Origin: Candidatus Omnitrophota bacterium
GTDB taxonomy: Bacteria > Omnitrophota > Gorgyraeia > JAGLLT01
NCBI GenBank assembly: GCA_030632085.1
Contig: DAOVJY010000002.1
Coordinates: forward strand, 77,325-141,324
Length of the DNA: 64,000 nt
Direction: 5' to 3'
In this document: piece by piece, positions 1-7,914 of the stretch
Numbering within the stretch: position 1 is the stretch's first letter
How the letters are laid out: each line of letters opens with the position of its first letter
Notes under the pieces: model-generated
The model's database searches: none
Told to the model about the DNA's origin: nothing
Seen by the model: only the letters and a program-made list of their open reading frames with translations
Made by a program: the position numbers and the translations under genes

Positions 1-1
1 C

Positions 2-958
2 ATGGAGATGCCAGCCTTAACGACAGAAGATATTGAGCAAATCAGTAATCAAATTACCGATGATGATAAACGCGGAAAGATTCGCGAGGTTGGCGGCTGC
101 GATTTTGGTTTTAGTTTTGGTAAGAATCGTTTTAGAGCGTCAATTTTTAGAGAAAAGGGCGCGCTGGGAATTTCCTTGCGTCTTATTCCATCAAAACTTT
201 TTTCTTTGGAAGAGTTGGGTTTATTGGGGAAAATTAAAGAACTTTTACATAGTGAAAGAGGCTTAATTTTGGTTACCGGCCCCACGGGTTCGGGCAAGAG
301 TACTACTTTGGCAACGATGGTTGATTATATAAATGAAAATATGCAAAAGCATGTAATTACTATTGAAGATCCAATTGAGTATTATCACTCCCATAAAAAG
401 AGTATTATTACTCAGCGGGAGGTCGGGGTTGATGTGCCTTCATTTTCTGAAGCGATTGTAAGAGGCTTGAGAAGCGACCCCGATGTTATTTTAGTTGGTG
501 AAATGCGAGACTTAGCAACTATCCAGGCGGCACTTTTAGCGGCCGAAACCGGACATTTAGTGCTCGCGACTTTACATACTATAAACGCGCCTCAGACAGT
601 AGACAGGGTTATCAACTCATTCGCGGTTCATCAGCAGGAACAGGTTAGGACACAGCTTTCAGCGACAATTTTAGCGGTTTTATCACAAAAACTTATTGTT
701 AAAAAATCGGGCCGGGGACGGGTGGCTTGTTTTGAAATTATGGTTAGTACTTCCTCAATTCAGAGCCTGATAAGAGAAAGGAAAACTTTCAGAATTTCTT
801 CCGAGCTTCAGACCGGATCTAAATACGGCATGAAACCTTTTGATTCCTCGCTTATAGAACTATGTGAGCGGGGCATTATTTCAAAGGAAGCGGCGTTGGT
901 AAACGCGTTTGATAGGGAGCAGTTTGAGTCAATGTATCGTGAAAGGATAGGTAAATAA
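2..958 (+). CDS. pilT: Type IV pilus retraction ATPase PilT (5' truncated by window edge)
   Basis: Walker A GPTGSGKST, TIEDPIE Asp box, LRSDPDVILVGEMRD, TLHT His box, SIQSLIRE (AIRNLIRE-like) motif. Confidence 0.93.
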   Translation: MEMPALTTEDIEQISNQITDDDKRGKIREVGGCDFGFSFGKNRFRASIFREKGALGISLRLIPSKLFSLEELGLLGKIKELLHSERGLILVTGPTGSGKSTTLATMVDYINENMQKHVITIEDPIEYYHSHKKSIITQREVGVDVPSFSEAIVRGLRSDPDVILVGEMRDLATIQAALLAAETGHLVLATLHTINAPQTVDRVINSFAVHQQEQVRTQLSATILAVLSQKLIVKKSGRGRVACFEIMVSTSSIQSLIRERKTFRISSELQTGSKYGMKPFDSSLIELCERGIISKEAALVNAFDREQFESMYRERIGK

Positions 959-960
959 TT

Positions 961-2688
961 ATGACCGATGATTTTCTGAGAAGAAAACCATTAGGTGAAA
1001 TTCTTTTTGATCAGGGTATAATCAGCCAGGAGCAATTAGATGAAGCGCTTGAAGACCAGAAAAAAAGCGGCCGGTTATTAGGTAGAATCCTGGTTGAATT
1101 TGGCTTTGTAAAAGAGGAAAGAATTCTGGAAGCTCTCGGTATTCAGATTGGTATGAAGGTTACTAATCTGGCCGACATGAATATACCCGAAGAAGTCATT
1201 AAGCAAGTGCCTTCTTCATTAGCTCAGGTTTATAATGTAGTTCCCGTTAAAATTGAAAATAATATTATTACCGTAGCCCTATCAGACCCGCTTAATATAA
1301 ACGTTTTGGATGATTTAAGATTTGTTTTGAATTGTGAAGTTCAGGGAGCAATTGCCATGGAGGAAGATATTAACGAGGCTATAGAAAAATATTACGGGGT
1401 TACTACTCAGGAAGATTCCCTCAATGCTCTGGTTCAGGAAATAGAAAAAAGTACTCCCACGGTTTTATCGGCTGAAATTCAAGAGATGCAGGATATTACC
1501 AGTTTAAAAGAGCTCGCCTCCCAGGCTCCGGTTGTAAAGCTGGTTAACCTGGTTCTTTTGCAGGCCGTAAAAGATACGGCCAGTGATATTCATTTCGAAC
1601 CTTTTGAAGATGAATTTAAAGTCCGTTATCGTGTTGACGGTGTTTTATATGAAATAACCCGTCCTCCTAAGAATCTTAGTTTGGCCATAACTTCCAGAAT
1701 AAAAGTTATGGCCGGCCTGGATGTAGCTGAAAGCCGAATTCCTCAGGATGGTAGGATTATGATGCGTGTAGCCGGTAGAGGTATTGACCTGCGCGTTTCT
1801 ACTTTACCGACCGTTTTTGGAGAAAGTGTGGTTATGCGTGTTTTAGATAGAAGCGTAATCAGTTTAGATTTGGATCAAGTCGGCCTGACAACCGAGCAGC
1901 AGGACATCGTTAAGAAACTTATCAGTAAACCTAACGGTATTATTCTTGCAACCGGCCCCACCGGCTGCGGCAAAACAACTACGCTTTATTCCTGCTTAAG
2001 GGAAGTTAATAAAATTGAATATAAGATTATTACAACTGAAGATCCGGTTGAATATGATATTTCCGGGATTATCCAGGTTAGTATTAAGCCTAAAATTAAC
2101 CTGACTTTTGCCGCGTGCTTAAGGCATATATTAAGACAGGACCCGGATATTATAATGGTTGGTGAAATTCGCGATAAAGAAACGGCCCAAATAAGTATAC
2201 AAGCCTCATTGACCGGCCACCTGGTATTTTCTACTTTACACACTAATGATGCTCCGGGAGCGGTTACCCGATTAATTGACATGGGCATTGAGCCTTTCTT
2301 AATATCTTCAACCCTTGAGTCGGTTGTCGCTCAGAGGTTGATACGTGTTCTATGCCCTAAGTGTAAAGAGGCCTATGTGCCGGATGAATATGAACTATCC
2401 CAGATTAATCTTTCTCAGGATAAGGCCGCGGATAAGACATTTTATCGGGCCAAAGGCTGCCATGAATGTAATGATATTGGTTATAGAGGCAGAACCGGAA
2501 TATTTGAAATACTGATAATGACTGATAAAATCAGAACTCTTATTATGGATAAATCCCATACGGCTCTTTTAAGAAAAGCGGCCATTGAAGGCGGTATGCG
2601 TACTTTAAGAGATGATGGCCTACTTAGAGTATATGACGGTTTAACTACTATAGAAGAAGTTATCAGGGAAACTCAAGGGTATTCTTAA
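961..2688 (+). CDS. pilB: Pilus assembly ATPase PilB/GspE with N-terminal MshEN domain
   Basis: PLGEILFDQGIISQEQLDEALEDQ MshEN-like motif, ASDIHFEP, GPTGCGKTT, LRQDPDIIMVGEIRD, CPKC..CHEC zinc motif. Confidence 0.95.
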   Translation: MTDDFLRRKPLGEILFDQGIISQEQLDEALEDQKKSGRLLGRILVEFGFVKEERILEALGIQIGMKVTNLADMNIPEEVIKQVPSSLAQVYNVVPVKIENNIITVALSDPLNINVLDDLRFVLNCEVQGAIAMEEDINEAIEKYYGVTTQEDSLNALVQEIEKSTPTVLSAEIQEMQDITSLKELASQAPVVKLVNLVLLQAVKDTASDIHFEPFEDEFKVRYRVDGVLYEITRPPKNLSLAITSRIKVMAGLDVAESRIPQDGRIMMRVAGRGIDLRVSTLPTVFGESVVMRVLDRSVISLDLDQVGLTTEQQDIVKKLISKPNGIILATGPTGCGKTTTLYSCLREVNKIEYKIITTEDPVEYDISGIIQVSIKPKINLTFAACLRHILRQDPDIIMVGEIRDKETAQISIQASLTGHLVFSTLHTNDAPGAVTRLIDMGIEPFLISSTLESVVAQRLIRVLCPKCKEAYVPDEYELSQINLSQDKAADKTFYRAKGCHECNDIGYRGRTGIFEILIMTDKIRTLIMDKSHTALLRKAAIEGGMRTLRDDGLLRVYDGLTTIEEVIRETQGYS

Positions 2689-2735
2689 ATGAATAAGATA
2701 GTTAAGGCTGGTAGCTTGTATTTGATAATTGTTGT

Positions 2736-2825
2736 GCTTAAACTAAAACATCCCGCATACTGCGGGATTTAATTCTGGCAAATTACTTACATTCGCTTAC
2801 GCTCTGTAAGTAATGCCCTCATTAA
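2736..2825 (-). repeat. Dispersed structured element, copy upstream of pilC
   Basis: On - strand: TTAATGA GGGCA TTACTTACA GA GC GTAA GC GA A TGTAAGTAATT TGCCA GAATTAA, then ATCCCGCAGTATGCGGGAT hairpin, then GTTTAAGC; same layout at 24204, 24335, 28700 and 61042. Confidence 0.75.
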
Positions 2826-2840
2826 AGGAGGTAACCGAAA

Positions 2841-4127
2841 TTGCCTAAATTTGAATATAAAGCTATAGATCCTAACGGTAGAGAAATTTCAGGTGTTGTT
2901 GATGTCGGAACTACGCAAGAAGCTGTTTCTAAAATAAAAAATAAAGGGTTTTATCCGACACAGATAAACGAAGTAAAAAAAGAACAAGCTCAGAAATCTC
3001 CCGGAGCGGCTGCTGCTGCCGCGCCTGCCGCGCAAAAAAAAAGCGGACTTAATGCTGAATTATGTATTCCTTTTCTGGGCATAGGTACTGTTAAAAATGT
3101 TGATGCCGCGATTTTCACCAGGCAGTTGGCCACGTTAATTGAAGCCGGCCTTCCTTTGGTAAGAAGTTTAAATGTTTTGTATGATCAGCTAAAATCCGGG
3201 CCCTTAAAAAGTATTATATCTAATCTTTCAAAAGACGTTTCCTCCGGAGGTACTTTAAGTGAATCTCTGGCCAAGTACCCTAGGGTTTTTAACCATCTTT
3301 ATGTCAATATGATCAAGGCCGGTGAGGCCGGCGGCATACTTGAACTTGTTTTAGAAAGATTAGCTGAGTTTCAGGAAAAAAACATGGCCTTGACTCAAAA
3401 GGTAAAATCAGCCCTTACTTATCCGGCTTTGGTTGTTGTTTTCTCAGCCGGCGTTCTTTTGTTTTTAACCACCTATATTATTCCCAAATTTATGGGTATT
3501 TTTGAGAATATGGATGTTGGTGAAATGCCGGGCATTACTAAATTTGTTATGATTATGAGTTCGCTTATAAGGGATAAATGGTATATCGGTGTCGGCCTTA
3601 TGGTTTTGGCTATTGTCGCTCTTAAAGTACTAAATAGCTTTAAGAATAGTAAATTTTTCATAGATAAGTTTAAACTGCGTATTCCCGTAGCGGGAGACTT
3701 AACTAAAAAAATAGAAGTATCCAGATTTTCCAGAACTCTGGGTACTCTTATTTCCAGCGGTGTTCCTATCTTGCAGGCTTTACGAATCACACGGGGAATA
3801 ATGAGTAACGAAGTCATGCGCAGGGCTCTCAAGCGTGTTCATGATAGTATCCGCGAAGGTGAATCTATAGCCGGCCCCTTAAAAGCCAGCGGAGCTTTTC
3901 CGCCCATGGTTGTGAATATGATAGATGTTGGTGAAGAAACCGGTTCTTTGGATACCATGCTCAATAAAGTCGCTGATATTTATGATACTGATGTTGATGC
4001 CACGGTAGACGCCTTGACTTCAATCATTGAACCATTTTTGATTGTCAGTATGGGTGTTATTGTAGGTTTCCTGGTAATTTCTATGTTCCTGCCGCTCTTT
4101 AAACTTATGGCTTCATTATCCGCTTAA
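2841..4127 (+). CDS. pilC: Inner-membrane platform protein PilC/GspF
   Basis: TTG start after AAGGAGG; FTRQLATLIEAGLPL, AGEAGG, KVKSALTYP, VGEETGSLD motifs; 3 TM segments. Confidence 0.95.
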   Translation: MPKFEYKAIDPNGREISGVVDVGTTQEAVSKIKNKGFYPTQINEVKKEQAQKSPGAAAAAAPAAQKKSGLNAELCIPFLGIGTVKNVDAAIFTRQLATLIEAGLPLVRSLNVLYDQLKSGPLKSIISNLSKDVSSGGTLSESLAKYPRVFNHLYVNMIKAGEAGGILELVLERLAEFQEKNMALTQKVKSALTYPALVVVFSAGVLLFLTTYIIPKFMGIFENMDVGEMPGITKFVMIMSSLIRDKWYIGVGLMVLAIVALKVLNSFKNSKFFIDKFKLRIPVAGDLTKKIEVSRFSRTLGTLISSGVPILQALRITRGIMSNEVMRRALKRVHDSIREGESIAGPLKASGAFPPMVVNMIDVGEETGSLDTMLNKVADIYDTDVDATVDALTSIIEPFLIVSMGVIVGFLVISMFLPLFKLMASLSA

Positions 4128-4144
4128 AGAGCCGGTTGTTGGTT

Positions 4145-4173
4145 TTGGACATAGTTTAAGAATGTGGTATAAT
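4145..4173 (+). promoter_or_regulatory. Sigma70-type promoter for the first pilin group
   Basis: TTGGAC-17 nt-TATAAT with extended -10 TG, just upstream of AGAGG RBS. Confidence 0.6.
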
Positions 4174-4192
4174 ACGTTATAGAGGTATATGT

Positions 4193-4618
4193 ATGAAAAA
4201 CAACGCTTTTACTATAGTTGAATTAATGATTGTACTCATTATTATGGGTATTCTGATGGGGCTTACCGTAGGAGGAGCTATGAAGATTCTGCAGGAGGCC
4301 AAAAAAGGGCAGGCGGAGGCTGATATAGGTGCTCTTGAATCGGCTGTATCCAGGTATGAAAGGGATATTGGTAGTTATCCCCCTGATTCAGCTAACGGTT
4401 TATGGTATTATCTTGAGGATGATAGATCAGGAGATCCAACCGGTTGGGAAGGCCCTTATATTGATTTTGATGACGGTAGGACTTCAGATAATAATTATGA
4501 AGACCCCTGGGATAATAATTATCAGTATGATTGCACAAGTGTAACTAGGCACAATCTTGACTTTGTAGACATATGGACGACAGTTCCAAGTACAGGGGAT
4601 ACAATAGGCAATTGGTAA
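4193..4618 (+). CDS. GspG-like (pseudo)pilin 1
   Basis: Class III signal NNA|FTIVEL; WEGPY, DPWDNNYQY and C-terminal DTIGNW typical of the T2SS-G domain. Confidence 0.88.
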   Translation: MKNNAFTIVELMIVLIIMGILMGLTVGGAMKILQEAKKGQAEADIGALESAVSRYERDIGSYPPDSANGLWYYLEDDRSGDPTGWEGPYIDFDDGRTSDNNYEDPWDNNYQYDCTSVTRHNLDFVDIWTTVPSTGDTIGNW

Positions 4619-4632
4619 AGAGGGTGTTTTAA

Positions 4633-5118
4633 ATGATATATAGTAATAAAAAGGCTTTTACATTAGTTGAAATGATAACTGTGATGGTTATTGTCGGTAT
4701 TTTATTAGGGCTTGTGCTAACGGGTTCTTTTAACGCGATTAAGGAAGCTCGAATTGAAAAAGCTAAAGCGGCAATGAAGGCGACTAAGGCGGCGTTAGAG
4801 ATGTTTGAATCGGATATTGGTGATTATCCCGTATATACAAATACATCCGGTAATGGAAATGATTTTAAGTCTTGGTTGATGAATGGGGATCATGCAACCG
4901 GTAATTATGACAACTGGTATGGGCCTTATATGAGTTTTATAGATGCTGAAATTTTAAGTAACACTCATTATTTGGATCCCTGGGGAAACGGTTATAGATA
5001 TTATCATGTAGCGGATACGGATGGCTATAATCTTTGGTCGTCCGGGCCGGATGGAAATAATGACAGCCTTGATGGTGAAAGCGGTATAATCGGAGATGAT
5101 ATAGGTAGTTGGGACTGA
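4633..5118 (+). CDS. GspG-like (pseudo)pilin 2
   Basis: KKA|FTLVEM; WYGPY, DPWGNGYRY, LWSSGPDG, DDIGSW. Confidence 0.88.
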   Translation: MIYSNKKAFTLVEMITVMVIVGILLGLVLTGSFNAIKEARIEKAKAAMKATKAALEMFESDIGDYPVYTNTSGNGNDFKSWLMNGDHATGNYDNWYGPYMSFIDAEILSNTHYLDPWGNGYRYYHVADTDGYNLWSSGPDGNNDSLDGESGIIGDDIGSWD

Positions 5119-5123
5119 TAGAT

Positions 5124-5636
5124 ATGAAAAAAATAAAAGCTTTTACATTGATAGAGTTATTAATGGTAATGGTAATTATCGGTATTTTAGCTTCCCTGAT
5201 TACTACCGGGGCTTTTAGGTCTATAAGGGGTGCTCGGGAAAGCAAAGCACAGTCTGATATAGCGGCCCTGGAAACGGCCATTGAGAGATATAAATTAGAT
5301 GTGGGCGTATATCCTCCGGGAGACGGTTCAGGCAACAGCTTTAAGTACTACCTGCAGGATGACAGGAGTGTCGATACAACCGGCTGGAATGGGCCTTACA
5401 TGATTTTTAAAGCTAAGGATTTAAATGTTAACGCTTTTGTTGATCCCTGGGGAAGTGATTATAGATATTATCATGATCAGCTCACCACAGGGAAAGCGTA
5501 TTTGCATACCTACCCGGATACGCATATCACTCAAAATCCAATTGATATATGGTCTATTGGCGAAAACAAAACAGATGATGTAGAAACGACTAATTATATT
5601 AACACAGATGATGATATATACAGCTGGGGGGATTAG
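5124..5636 (+). CDS. GspG-like (pseudo)pilin 3
   Basis: ATG at 5124 (MKKIKA|FTLIEL); WNGPY, DPWGSDYRY, IWSIG, DDIYSW. Confidence 0.88.
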   Translation: MKKIKAFTLIELLMVMVIIGILASLITTGAFRSIRGARESKAQSDIAALETAIERYKLDVGVYPPGDGSGNSFKYYLQDDRSVDTTGWNGPYMIFKAKDLNVNAFVDPWGSDYRYYHDQLTTGKAYLHTYPDTHITQNPIDIWSIGENKTDDVETTNYINTDDDIYSWGD

Positions 5637-5648
5637 TTGGTGATTAAT

Positions 5649-6179
5649 ATGAAAAAGAAATCTTTCACTCTTTTAGAGATGATGGTTGTCTTGGTTATTA
5701 TTTTTATAATAACAGCGATTGCGATGCCTAATTTCTGGGGAGGCTATAAGAGCAAGGAGGTTAAAGGTTCCGCGAGGAGAGTTGCCTCTATTTTAAGTAC
5801 CGCTAAAAGCTATGCCCAAGCTCAAAATACGCAGTATGATGTTGTTTTTTGGTATGGCGATAGTTTTCTTAGTATGGATATTTATAAAGAGTTTGATCCT
5901 TGGACTGAAGCGAGTTGGGATCGTAAAGTTGGAAAATCTGAAAAATTCAATTTTACGAAAGTTGGAATTAGTACTATAATTGATACACCCATTACTACAC
6001 CCATCAGCAATTATGCCTGGATATCATTCTATTCCGATGGGCGCGCTGATGATCATGATGCTAATCTTCCGGAAGATGAAGAGATTGTTTTTACGCTTGA
6101 TGTCGGTGGAACCCCCAAAACCCTTACAATATATATCAATGAAAACACCGGCTGTATAAGAGTTGGTGATTTAGAATAA
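5649..6179 (+). CDS. GspH/FimT-like minor pilin
   Basis: MKKKS|FTLLEM; SARRVASILSTAKSYA helix, ISFYSDG, C-terminal INENTGCIR typical of GspH/FimT. Confidence 0.8.
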   Translation: MKKKSFTLLEMMVVLVIIFIITAIAMPNFWGGYKSKEVKGSARRVASILSTAKSYAQAQNTQYDVVFWYGDSFLSMDIYKEFDPWTEASWDRKVGKSEKFNFTKVGISTIIDTPITTPISNYAWISFYSDGRADDHDANLPEDEEIVFTLDVGGTPKTLTIYINENTGCIRVGDLE

Positions 6180-6195
6180 TTGATTGCATATTTTC

Positions 6196-6224
6196 TTGCC
6201 TTTTTTATTTCCTCATGATATAGT
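6196..6224 (+). promoter_or_regulatory. Sigma70-type promoter (very short leader) for second GspH-like gene
   Basis: TTGCCT-17 nt-TATAGT with TG extension, 12 nt before ATG 6237. Confidence 0.5.
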
Positions 6225-6236
6225 TAGCTCCGCGTT

Positions 6237-6713
6237 ATGAGGAATTCAAGTTTAAAATCATCTTTCACTATAATTGAGCTGGTAGTCTGCCTGGTTATTG
6301 TGGGTACTATTTCAGCGGTAACTTTGCCGTATTGTTGGGGCGCTTACAGGTCTGCTGAAGCTAAGACTTCCGCCCGTGTTGTTGCTTCAATATTAAGAAG
6401 CACAAAAGAGAGTGCCCGGGCTCAAGGTAAGAAATATGAGATTATTTTTGCAGCTTGTGATAATAATCTTAATATTGATGTCTATACCAACTTATCAGAA
6501 GTTAATCCTTTGAAAGTAGGTAAGACCGAGAAACTATCCTTAAGCGGTTCATATGAATTTAGAATAACATTTTATAATGATAAAGCCATCTTTACTTCTT
6601 TTGGGACTTCTAACGGAGGGTCTGTTTATATTACTGATACTTCTACAGGCAAAGGTTATAGGATAAGTGTGTTATCAACCTCCGGCAGGGTTAAAGTGCT
6701 GGCTTTTGATTAA
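6237..6713 (+). CDS. Second GspH/FimT-like minor pilin (paralog of 5649 gene)
   Basis: KSS|FTIIEL; shares WG.Y.S.E.K.SAR.VASIL and KVGK.EK with previous gene; SNGGSVYI, STSGRVKV. Confidence 0.8.
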   Translation: MRNSSLKSSFTIIELVVCLVIVGTISAVTLPYCWGAYRSAEAKTSARVVASILRSTKESARAQGKKYEIIFAACDNNLNIDVYTNLSEVNPLKVGKTEKLSLSGSYEFRITFYNDKAIFTSFGTSNGGSVYITDTSTGKGYRISVLSTSGRVKVLAFD

Positions 6714-6745
6714 TAGCGGTTAGATTTATTTTTCTTTTCTTATCA

Positions 6746-6774
6746 TTGATAAGTTTTGTAACTTGTGGTATTAT
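6746..6774 (+). promoter_or_regulatory. Sigma70-type promoter for GspI/J/K-like genes
   Basis: TTGATA-17 nt-TATTAT with TG extension; AGGAGG RBS downstream. Confidence 0.55.
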
Positions 6775-6835
6775 ATACAGTAGAGATAGTATGCATTAAG
6801 TGAATATAATATTTTTTTTAGGAGGTTTATAAAAA

Positions 6836-7198
6836 ATGAGAAAAAAACAAGGGTTCACTCTTTTAGAAATAGTTATTGCTTTGGCTATATTAGCTATCGG
6901 CCTTGTTGGTATTTTAAGCCTTTTTCCGGTAGGTTTTGAGGCCTCAAGAAGGGCCAGTATGCTTACGGAGGCAACTATCCATGCTCAGCAAAAAATGGAA
7001 GAGTTTAAGCGAATCGGCTATGATGGCCTTTTTGATACAAATTACGCGGCATTTTCTGATAATAGTGGTTTGGAATGGAAGGTTACGGTTGTAGAAATAG
7101 ATCCTCTCGGGAATTTAAAAAGCGTAACTCTCGATATTCAATGGCAGGAGAAAGGGGACAATAAGAGTGAGACATTTGTTACTTATATCGCCAAGTAA
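6836..7198 (+). CDS. GspI/PilV-like minor pilin
   Basis: KQG|FTLLEIVIALAILAIG; AQQKMEE; LKSVTLDIQW. Confidence 0.82.
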   Translation: MRKKQGFTLLEIVIALAILAIGLVGILSLFPVGFEASRRASMLTEATIHAQQKMEEFKRIGYDGLFDTNYAAFSDNSGLEWKVTVVEIDPLGNLKSVTLDIQWQEKGDNKSETFVTYIAK

Positions 7199-7817
7199 AA
7201 GAAAGGCTTTTACCCTTATTGAAATACTGGTAGCCAGTGTTATCCTGGTTATTATAGTTGGGTCTATGGCGGTAATTTTTTCGCAGGCTAATCGGTCGTG
7301 GAGTGAAACGGAAGCCAGATTACAGGTTTATCAAAATACCAGGGAAGTTATAAACGCGATCTCCAGAGATATTGCCTGCGCCTATCAAAGCACCAGCACT
7401 GTTGTTAAATTCGATTATGACAACATTGCTACTGATACTCTCTATTTTACCGCGGCGGTTAATACAAATTACGACACAAATGAATATGATTTAAGTATTA
7501 TCGGCTACAAAATAGACACCGCAACCAATACTGTAAAAAAATATAAAGAAGATTATGACGGAACACAAGCTGCCGGCTGGACACCAACTTCCGGCAATTG
7601 GAGCCCTTTGGCTGAGAATATAACCGGTTTGGCTTTTGAGTTTTATGACGCGGATCAGACAGTTCCCGGATGGCTTGTATCAGGTAGTAAATGGAATTCT
7701 AGTGTAGGTGTAAAAGATTATTTACCCCAGGCGGTTAAGATAACAGTTGATGCCGAGGATAAACAAGCTAGATTCAGTAGAACTTTTAATACCACTATCT
7801 ATATTCAGGCATACTAA
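7167..7817 (+). CDS. GspJ/PilW-like minor pilin
   Basis: RKA|FTLIEI; ISRDI, LAENITGLAFEFYD, LPQAVKITV motifs. Confidence 0.82.
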   Translation: MRHLLLISPSKRKAFTLIEILVASVILVIIVGSMAVIFSQANRSWSETEARLQVYQNTREVINAISRDIACAYQSTSTVVKFDYDNIATDTLYFTAAVNTNYDTNEYDLSIIGYKIDTATNTVKKYKEDYDGTQAAGWTPTSGNWSPLAENITGLAFEFYDADQTVPGWLVSGSKWNSSVGVKDYLPQAVKITVDAEDKQARFSRTFNTTIYIQAY

Positions 7818-7914
7818 TTTTGAGAGCATCTATTCAAATAATCAAGAAGTTACGCGGTAAATATGGCATTAACGGCTATGAAGAGAAGTTTCTAAATAAT
7901 CTAAGGTGGTAGAT

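Noticed and set aside
2769-2825. Hammerhead ribozyme (TGA-stem-GAA on - strand)
   Set aside because: Lacks the CUGANGA core and three-way junction; TGA/GAA is better explained as tandem G.A pairs within one hairpin.
2700-2840. c-di-GMP or other riboswitch upstream of pilC
   Set aside because: No GEMM-type conserved nucleotides seen, and the same fold occurs in the opposite orientation at pheS-pheT and before unrelated genes, which fits a dispersed repeat better.
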